In this document: one piece after another, positions 55,031-64,000 of the stretch
How the letters are laid out: each line of letters starts with the position of its first letter
How positions within the stretch are numbered: the stretch's first letter is position 1
Assembly: GCF_964204645.1 (NCBI RefSeq)
Contig: NC_134034.1
Span: 12,908,962 to 12,972,961, forward strand
Direction of reading: 5' to 3'
DNA length: 64,000 nt
From: Tubulanus polymorphus
Lineage: Eukaryota; Animalia; Nemertea
The notes under the pieces: model-generated
The model's input: the letters and a program-made list of their open reading frames with translations, nothing else
What the model was told of the DNA's origin: nothing
The model's database searches: none
Translations under genes and position numbers: made by a program

Positions 55031-56761
55031 GTTGTAGAATTGACTCCAGACCTAGGTTAGTTTCGGAGACCAGAGCTACTTTACCCGGCGATTCGGACTC
55101 GAATTTACAAACAGAAAATAGAGAACGGCCATGTACAGTGAAATCCATACGCATTTCAAAAAACACGTATCTATCTACAAATTGGGTAAGCCTATAAATT
55201 GGATAACTATAAAACGGCTGAGGCTAATAGATGGGATACTTCTTCAACTTCCAAATAAGGACAATCACAACCGACGTCTTTAGCGGCGGAACGGGGCTGC
55301 GTGTTAGAACTATGTGTCTAATTGACACGTTGAATAGATTAGTGTATCTTACCCTAATATTATGATAACCTCAAATAAAACGTACATTAATTCCCACCCG
55401 GCGTCAACCTTAAACTTTCTATTCTTTTATTAGACAAATATATAAAAGATATATATTCATGTCAAACCAGTGTTGCCTCTTGGGTCCAGTTCCAATTGAC
55501 TCTAACTCACAACTGGGTCCTGCGTTCAGAGTTAACTCTAACTCACAACTGTGGAACTGGGTCCCGAGTTAACTTTAACTCACAACTGTGGAACTGGATC
55601 CTAAGCTCACAGTTAACTCTATACTAGGGATAGCATGCAGAGTTAACTCTATTAAAAACTCACAACCGTGGAACTGAGGTTCCGAGTTCAGAGTGAACTC
55701 TAACTCACAACTGTGGAACTGGGTCCTGAATAAACTTTAACTCACAACTGTGGAACTGGATTCTGAGTTCACAGTTAACTCAGGATCCAGTTTCATAGTT
55801 GTGAGTTAAAGTTAGCCGCTCAGAGTCCGAACTGGGTCCTGAATTCGGATTAAACAAACTAGAGTTTTACAAACAAATTAAGGAGTGATCATTATTTAGA
55901 TAGCAATCACTGTTTTATCATATACAGATAGGGGTTGATGGTTTATAACAACAAACGTGTGACTGAACTCTTACTTCCTCGATTATTGTAACCTTTGTAT
56001 CTATCAAATTATCCTTTACGCACCCTATCCTGGTTCGAATATCTGTATATTTATATATAGACCTTGTTCATAGATCCTGGTTCCCGGTAAACCAAAACCC
56101 CGAACTATATTCATTTATGTCGTGCAAACATTCACAAATGAATCACTATTGAAACTAATATCGAATTCGTTTTTTTTTCTAGAGAGATCTATGTATGGAT
56201 TGCTTCTCACCAAAACCTGGTATCAGTAATAGCCACCAACCTCTTTCTTAACCCGGCCCCAGCCTTTCCCGACCCCAGCCCAAGCACCCGCTTCTTTCTT
56301 ACCCGGCGCGGACCGATCTACACCTCTCCAACCCCAGCCCAACCACCCACTCTACCTGGCCCAACCACAACTTCTCCCCACTCAGCCCAACCTAAATTTC
56401 TCCAGACCCAGCCTCACCTTAACTACTCCGGCCCCGCCCAACCTCAACTTCTCCACACCCAGCCCAACTTAAGTTTCTCCAGCTCCAGCCAAACCTAAAC
56501 TCTTCCTGACCCACTCCCTCGTCCAACCTCTCCCAGCTCGTTGTAAGCCTACATGTAGTGGACGGATCTTTTTAGGGGACACAGACAAATAATTGCAGGT
56601 CATTTTGTTCTAGAATCTCTGTTTATGTAGATGCTTAGAAAATGGTCAATTTATTTCAAACATTTTCTTAAAATGAAGTCGATGGAATGATTTTATTTAA
56701 ATCGAATTGAATAAGTTTCGTTTTCGTCAATTTCGCTATCAAGTAATCATAAACATTAATA

Positions 56762-56998
56762 AGATAAATACCCACTATCTACAAATTAAAAGAATTTAAA
56801 AACAAGAAATTTATTAATTCGAACAATCTAAGATATATAAAATACACGACGTTTCGATCTCACCCTAGAGATCACTGTCAGGTGAGATCATGTCCACACC
56901 TGACGATGATCTCTAGGGTGAGATCGAAACGTCGTGTATTTTTGATTGAATGAATAAATTCTTGTTCTTTTAATCTGTAGATAGTGGGTTTTTATCTG
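56762..56998. mobile_element. Long palindrome, probable Penelope-like element remnant
   Basis: 56840-56884 is the near-perfect reverse complement of 56897-56941, with degenerate outer arms. A related palindrome lacking the core lies at ~6681-6830. Confidence 0.65.
56896..56937 (+). ncRNA. Minimal type I hammerhead ribozyme motif
   Basis: ACAC-CTGACGA-T-GATCTC-TAGGGT-GAGATC-GAAAC-GTC-GTGT: catalytic core, 6-bp stem II, 4-bp stem I and a palindromic ACGT stem III. Confidence 0.65.
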
Positions 56999-57844
56999 AT
57001 TATCCGTTCACCACGTTTGAGTGTGGTTATCGTTCTATAAAAATTAATTTTCTAGCAATTAAAAATCGACAATAAATTCATTAATTTATTTCCGTTATTT
57101 GTAATCTCGAATGCGACTGAATTCTCGATCGGTTTCTTACCTTAAGAAGATAGAGATAAAGTGTCGTAGAGTGAATCGACCAGGGTTTCACGTGTCTCAC
57201 CGCCTCTAATCAGGGTTAAACAGGATTTCCGTCATCATCAACCAAACATCTATATATATTTATCGACGTATCATTTGTATCGCACGAGTCCATTACATAC
57301 CAGAGGGGGAACAGGTCGTCACAGGTATTCCCTGGCTTATGTCGACAAGCGAAGCGACGCCTACCGACTCCTACCGACGCGACTGAGAGCAACCGCGATC
57401 ATCGCAGCCCAGCTTATGTCGACTGCACTCCGATTCGCGGCAACTGAGGCCGACTATCGGGATACGAGATCCTCGCAGTTGCTTCACTGCTTATGTCGGT
57501 TACGATTACTGGCAACTGCAACGGCTCAAATGGTCACGTGATAAGCATTTTGAGAATAAGTTTTGAATTATTTTGAATTATTAGGAAATATATTTCTATT
57601 AGAAAAGCTATTTCTTACAGATCTTTATCTTTTGGATTCTGTTGTAAATACAATGTGATAGCGACATCATATAAAGATGGCCGCTCACGCCATAATTCTA
57701 CGAATTTCGTTTCTAGATCATTTTAGAAACAACTTACTCTACCGTTTTCAGACCGAATTTAACAGAACAAACTTTTTAAATCATCACGAAATTTTGTTTA
57801 TTTTCCTTCTTTTGTTGGAATGAATATTTGCGAATATCTTATTT

Positions 57845-59887
57845 TCACGGCTGTTTATTTTCGCTCGTATAATGAATCGAATTGCCCGAGTGTTTAGAGT
57901 GTTCGCCGCCAGGGGATATCATGGCGCTGATCAATTGGCAAAATCGTTCAGTCTCGTGAAATAGAAATGAGGCACATAGTACTGTTCGCGAACACCAGGC
58001 GGCGCATGTGATAGCAGTATAACCGGAAGCGGAATCTAGCACCGGGTGCGAGTCGATGATTGGTTGGGTCAATCGCGCACCTGTGAATGTAGCCGTATCT
58101 GGAACGAAATCACATCAGAATAACCTAAAACCAGAATATCCTTAAACAGAGAAGTCAAACTCCGTAAGGTGGCGCCACTTACCGGCAATCATGCCGCGAT
58201 TGGATCTGAATACGGCTCTCAATGAAAATTGGCGACAGATCACGTCGATTGGTGGCGCTGCGAACGTATCCCCGATCGAAAACTGATCGATGCTTAGTCC
58301 GCTGAATCTAATCACAGTTCTTCTGCACGGCTGTTGACCCTGCAGACGTCTGTACGACACACACTGACCTTGATTAGAACGACGTTCTTCCCCGGTCACG
58401 TGTACCAGAGCCATGACGTCACCGGCTTTAACCTGCAATCACAGATATTGACGTCATCAGTTCGCGGTTGAATTGAAATTGACGCATAATCGTAAATACA
58501 TGTACTTATATATCTCAGACTTAAAACACTTACTCGTGGTTGTTCCTGTGGTGAATATAGTGTGACTCCAAGTGAACTAGCCTCTAGTTTAGTCTTAGAC
58601 GTCAGGATATAAACGGCGTGAGTCTCGTTACTATTTCTAGTCCACGTGGTAATCCAGGAGTAGTGCGGACTAGTTTTGACGGCGTAATACTCCCAGCTTA
58701 TTATACTACCGTCAGTCGGGAACGTGACGTCATCCATGAAAAACGCTTTAGCATTTCCGTCATGTTGCGAGGCTAGTATCGGCTCGTCTCCGACATAGAT
58801 AGTAGGATAATCAAGTTGCGATAGTGCTGCCACCCAGCGAAAAAAATGAGCATTTATTATCTGGACCCGATTGCACGTTTCGAATTAGACCCACGGACCG
58901 TCCATTTAGTACGTACGCACAATAGGTGGAGGGGTAGGTCTGTGCAAAATGTATACGTGCGCACGGGGGAGGGAGGGGAGAGAGAGTGGGAGGGGAGCGA
59001 GGGGAGCGAGGAGGTATCGAATGCGACATCGACGATTTTAAAATTAATACGAATATTCATTACACACATCAACCATTGCCATGGTATATGGAGGAAAAAT
59101 ATTATACATATTTACTAAAACAACTCGGTGAAAAAAATAATCTAAAAAATAGAGACATATCAAAATGTACAGAAACTATTTACAATGTTTTACTGTACTA
59201 TTGGAGGAGGATCTTTACACATCTATGAGCCTGTTTTTTTTTTTAGATATCGGGGGTATTGAAGGTATTCTCAATTTCAAGTAGTTTTTGCGGGGTTCAT
59301 CAAGCACGGTAACAGTCGAACGGAAAATGCACCTAAAATATCATTATGCTTGTTAATATACATTCTATCAGGTCTGTCTAAATGAAGGCTTGAAATTTAC
59401 CCGACACGCCACCTATCCGCGGAAAACCAATACGTGTTCCGTTCAGCGACAACGGAAGTTAGAAATATGCAGATTTTTTTTTTTGCGTACGTACTAAATT
59501 GATGGTCCCTTACATTATCAGTTCAAGCATTTAAAACTACATTCAATTCAAACATTCACTGCGCCAAATGAATCCACCTCCATTTTGTAAGAAATAAATA
59601 AAAGAAAACAACTTTTCAGTTAACATTTTATGTAAGTGCAAACAGTTCAGTTAACTTAATTCTTCACACATAACACTGTAACTTTAACAAGAACCTCGTC
59701 TGATGTCTGACGTCACCATAGAGTTGGGTAGGACACTGAAGATCGTCCGAGTCGTAGGTACAACCACTTCCCGCACTAAGTGAAATGAAACCTGTTAGTC
59801 CCCCCCCCCAAACTTACCAAAATACGAGTTCAGAAACAACCATATAGCTGTGGTTAGTAGCCATAGTCTGCTCCGTATCGGCTCCAT
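57845..59887 (-). CDS. Secreted protein, 288 aa: uncharacterised beta-rich N-terminal domain + C-terminal PAN/Apple domain (paralogue A); exons 59887-59818, 58826-58534, 58432-58183, 58098-57845
   Basis: Signal peptide MEPIRSRLWLLTTAIWLFLNSYFA. Introns are GT-AG in phases 1, 0, 1. PAN-type pattern CAAWCSRTVLCASFLF...CQL. Confidence 0.85.
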
Positions 59888-60025
59888 GCTTGTCTCTCAA
59901 CCCCGGCGTCCTCACCGTAAATACCGCACTACTAAACCCAACAATTATTATCCAATATTCAATCAATAACCGACCATTAAAAAGATCGATACAGCGATTA
60001 AACAGTCAACTAACTATTACAATAC

Positions 60026-60445
<420 letters not shown>

Positions 60446-60759
60446 TATCTGCAAGGCCTCTATAACAACAGTAGAAACGCAGTATATGAATAAATATATA
60501 TATGCATATATACATACTGACTCCTATGACTAAATCAACCGTTTGTGGTTTGTGGTTTATGTATTTAAAAGTTATCAAACAAACAACAAACTGTTAAAAG
60601 GTTCCTGTTGCTGATTGGTTGCTTTGATGTTAGATTTTGTATATCTGCTGAACGGATTTCTTAGTAATACAGTTTTATCGTTTCAAAATAAAAAAAAGGT
60701 TCCTGTTGCTGATTGGTTGTCTTATCTAACGGATTGCTCAGTCGTGTTCTGTAGTCGAC

Positions 60760-61743
60760 ATGATGCAGTCGACTGCAAACGTAACCAGTCTAAGGCCGAT
60801 AGGACGTCCATACGCTTCGTATTACCTATTGGACGGGTTACGCTTCTTACACGGGTCAACGCTTCACGTCGCTACTGTTTCTATGACTACGATCTTCGGT
60901 CTAGGTTTATTCGGAAACGCGGCGACCTTTTTCATAATGACGTCGCGGCGATTTCGGCATCTTTCGTATGCGATCTATCTGACAGCGCTATCCGTGACGG
61001 ATTTCGGCTCGACTGTGTTCTTGACGTGTTTACCCGTTTTGAACTACTACTATGTGAAATTTCATGGATCTCGGCTGGTAGATTTCCAGAACAGGGTTCA
61101 GTGTATTCTATTTGAAATGCTAGCTTCTGAGTTGATAATCTGCAGTTCGTGGTTCGTCGTTATAATCGCCGTTGAGAGATTCGTTCTCGTGTTTTTCCCT
61201 TTCACGGCGCGAGTCGTCTGCACGGCGAAGTTCGCTCGTTCGACGTTAGGCGGCGTACTCGTCGTTAACGCGCTAATTACCGCAATAATCGACACGCGAA
61301 CTGGGTACACCGACGCGCTTGGTTGCCACATAACCTTGAAACACCAACAGCGCGCTTTCCTATTTTTTGTAACCTACGTTTACGTGATTCCGATTTTAGT
61401 CGTTATTTTCGCGAATTCCGCGATTTCCGTAAAACTTTACACGAACCGTCGATTCGGAGGAAACGAGGCTAAATGCGCGAAAACGAGGCGCGCAACGGTC
61501 ATGCTGTTGGCCGTTTCCAGTGTTTTCTTACTGACCGCGTCACCAACTACAATATATACCTTCATACCGAATATAGGTGGCGCTGCTATGAAATTGATCT
61601 ACGTAACCCTATCGTTGCTACTGAGTTGTAACTACGCGGTCAATTTCTATGTTTACTTACTCATGGGTCGGGAGGTTAGGGGTTATATTTACAAACGGGT
61701 TATCAGCTGCAACAACGCATGGACCAAACCCGGTCGATTGTGA
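60760..61743 (+). CDS. Intronless class A (rhodopsin-like) GPCR, FMRFamide/peptide-receptor-like orphan, 327 aa
   Basis: Seven hydrophobic segments. Motifs: GLFGN (TM1), YLTALSVTD (TM2), SSWFVVIIAVERF (TM3), IP (TM5), FLLTASP (TM6), NYAVNFYVY (TM7); N-terminal NVT sequon. Confidence 0.93.
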   Translation: MMQSTANVTSLRPIGRPYASYYLLDGLRFLHGSTLHVATVSMTTIFGLGLFGNAATFFIMTSRRFRHLSYAIYLTALSVTDFGSTVFLTCLPVLNYYYVKFHGSRLVDFQNRVQCILFEMLASELIICSSWFVVIIAVERFVLVFFPFTARVVCTAKFARSTLGGVLVVNALITAIIDTRTGYTDALGCHITLKHQQRAFLFFVTYVYVIPILVVIFANSAISVKLYTNRRFGGNEAKCAKTRRATVMLLAVSSVFLLTASPTTIYTFIPNIGGAAMKLIYVTLSLLLSCNYAVNFYVYLLMGREVRGYIYKRVISCNNAWTKPGRL

Positions 61744-61875
61744 TTCCACGAATGTCGCACGGCACCGTGGACGTTGCACCTGCGGCTTTACATCTCACCC
61801 CTTTCAGATTTCCGGACATCAGAGGAAAGCAACGCGCCAGATATTTAAATCTTTATGCATTGTTTTAGACGATAA

Positions 61876-62232
61876 CTCGTAATACATAGACCCGTCAGCA
61901 GACGATTACTCGTAATACATAAACCCGTCAGCAGACGATTACTCGTAATACATAAACCCGTCAGCAGACGATTGCTCGTAATACATAGACCCGTCAGCAG
62001 ACGATTACTCGTAATACATAGACCCGTCAGCAGACGATTACTCGTAATACATAGACCCGTCAGCAGACGATTACTCGTAATACATAAACCCGTCAGCAGA
62101 CGATTACTCGTAATACATAGACCCGTCAGCAGACGATTACTCGTAATACATAGACCCGTCAGCAGACGATTGCTCGTAATACATAGACCCGTCAGCAGAC
62201 GATTACTCGTAATTCATAAACCCGTCAGCAGA
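61876..62232. repeat. 33-bp tandem repeat (~11 copies) overlapping the stop codon of paralogue B
   Basis: Unit CTCGTAATACATAGACCCGTCAGCAGACGATTA. Confidence 0.95.
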
Positions 62233-64000
62233 GGATTTGGTATCGTCCGAATGATCGTCAATGTTTATATCGTTTAACTCACAAATCTGTGTCGTATCGT
62301 GAAACTGGAACGATACGCATAGTGCCGTTCTCTGACACCAGGCGGCACAACTTATCATATTGTGACCGGAATTCGATGCTATCACGTGATTCGGAGTGAG
62401 TTTAACGTTTTCCCGACCGTTTGAACTGAACGATTTTGAAATATAAGTAGAGTCACTTATAGACGCAGTAGTTGTAGACGCAGTAGTTGTAGACACGGCA
62501 GTTGTAGATGTGGGAGTTGTAGAATTATCTGTAAGTAGAAATGAATTTTACCCAACACGGTGACCTCATTTAGTGACGTCACACGGGGACCTCATATGGT
62601 GTCCTCACATGGTCATACCGATGTTAAATTCTTACCTAATTTAGCTAAAAGTGAGAATTTTTGACAAACCAAATCCTGCCCGACACTCAAATTATAACTG
62701 TCTCCTATTTTAAATTGATCTTGCCTAAAACCTGTGAGTCTTTCGGTTACATCGACACAATTCTCCAGGCTCGAATTTAATCTTAATGTGGAGATACATA
62801 CGCCTAGATGTAGTGAGTAAGGATCTTCGTCATCATGAGTTATAGCGATAAGGTCTCCTGCTTTGACCTTCAAAATACAATTAAAGACATCCAATTTATA
62901 CGAGTGTAACCCATGTTTTCCCTCTGATGCAGGGGTGTACAGCTAAGCATACATCGACAAAGCGACTGGAGACAACTAGTTGCTAGTGAGCGAGTACCCC
63001 GCGCACATCGAAAATTTAGTAAAAACCAGCAACTGCGTGGCTCATGCCGGTCGCTAGGTCCATAGCGCACACATCGACAGCAACTGAGATGTGGTTAAGC
63101 AAAAATGAGGGCATCACAAGTCACGTGACAAATAGCTTTGTTTTATTCAGTTACAACCATGTGTTGTTGATTATGGAGCGCTCACATCGACGGATATGAG
63201 AGCAACTGAGTACAACTAGTTGCTCAAAAGTAGAACATGAGCAACTGGGTGGAACTGGAGATAGATGGACGCTAACCAGTCGTAAGCTAACTCACATCGA
63301 CACATTCGAGCAACTGATCGTATCCAGCCAGTTCCTCTCATGCGCCGAAAACTGCCCGGCAACTAGTTGTCTCCAATCGCAGTGTCGATGTGCGCTAGGC
63401 TTAAGAGTGTATCCCAAGTGCACCCCACTTCCTCCCCTGGGGTAGGGGTGAGGGGGATGATTGGTTTACCTGCACGTCGCTACTCAAACGGTTGTATTTT
63501 TCCCCTCCACTGCAAGTTTTCTTCTAGAAGTCAACACTAGGTGGCGTTGTGAAGTGGTTGATGTCGATTCTACCCGCCAGGTGGTCACATAACTTCTACA
63601 TGGTCTCACTTGAGTCAAAAAATATTTCCATCCGAGCAATGCGCCATCTACTGGGAATGTGTAATTATATAGAAAATAAGTTTCCAAGCCCTGAATTGTA
63701 CCGATGTCTACAGCCGGGTTCCCGAACTCAATAATATCAGCACGATTTAATTCTGGACCTAAAAATAACATACCTAAATAATCAACATATTCTGAATTGA
63801 TTATCAGATTGATTAGAATTAATTTACATATTTTGAATAGATGATTTGATTTATTAGAATACATTGTCTGTGTATTGTGCGCTTTCTCAGGAAATCAATA
63901 CAACTGTTCATGCGTATGGTGTAAATATTTTATCGATTTAACAAAAGTTCTTCGACAGGAAGGAATATAATTGTTCGCTTATGTATATTTTACCTCGTAG
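62203..64000 (-). CDS. Secreted PAN/Apple-domain protein, paralogue B (partial at the 5' end; apparent frameshift near 63497); exons >64000-63994, 63758-63470, 62867-62636, 62528-62203
   Basis: Same exon architecture and motifs as paralogue A (TFPVDG..GWKY..VTTW; VKAGDLIAI; CQKFSLLA; CAAWCQRTALCVSFQF..CEL), plus a Thr-rich linker. The strong donor CAG|gtaaac at 63470 is out of frame with the start of that exon. Confidence 0.75.
62941..63403. mobile_element. MITE in an intron of paralogue B
   Basis: Imperfect ~40-bp TIRs (ACATCGACAAAGCGACTGGAGACAACTAGTTGC / GCAACTAGTTGTCTCCAATCGCAGTGTCGATGT) with internal ACATCGAC subrepeats. Confidence 0.65.

Noticed and set aside
60760-61743. GPCR nested in an intron of one long PAN-domain gene
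   Set aside because: Paralogue B has its own stop at 62203 and paralogue A its own ATG/signal exon at 59887, so the GPCR is intergenic.

Overview
Eukaryotic, intron-rich invertebrate animal DNA (marine-bilaterian/lophotrochozoan style; species not determinable from sequence). By hand splice-site reading I reconstruct eight protein-coding loci: (1) a partial BAMBI/activin-receptor-type ectodomain gene (- strand, runs off the left edge); (2) a complete 3-exon BAMBI orthologue (+, 17650-24814); (3) an 18-exon white-like ABCG half-transporter (+, 26785-40727); (4) an unrecognised prepropeptide (-); (5) a 70-aa CD24/CD52-like GPI-anchored peptide (-); (6, 7) two tandem secreted paralogues with a C-terminal PAN/Apple domain (-); and (8) an intronless class A GPCR between them. 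The standout observation is in the ABCG gene. The single exon encoding TM1-ECL1-TM2, the helix that lines the substrate cavity in ABCG2, is present as a tandem array of six intact, strongly diverged, phase-0/phase-0 copies plus one frameshifted copy (34423-37364). A sequence in the downstream intron (38259-38290) is complementary to elements that follow several of the copies. This suggests a Dscam/MRP-style mutually exclusive splicing system that diversifies a transporter's substrate pocket; it is inferred from sequence only, with no expression data. The rest is microsatellites, minisatellites, MITEs, tRNA-derived SINE fragments and a Penelope-type minimal hammerhead ribozyme.
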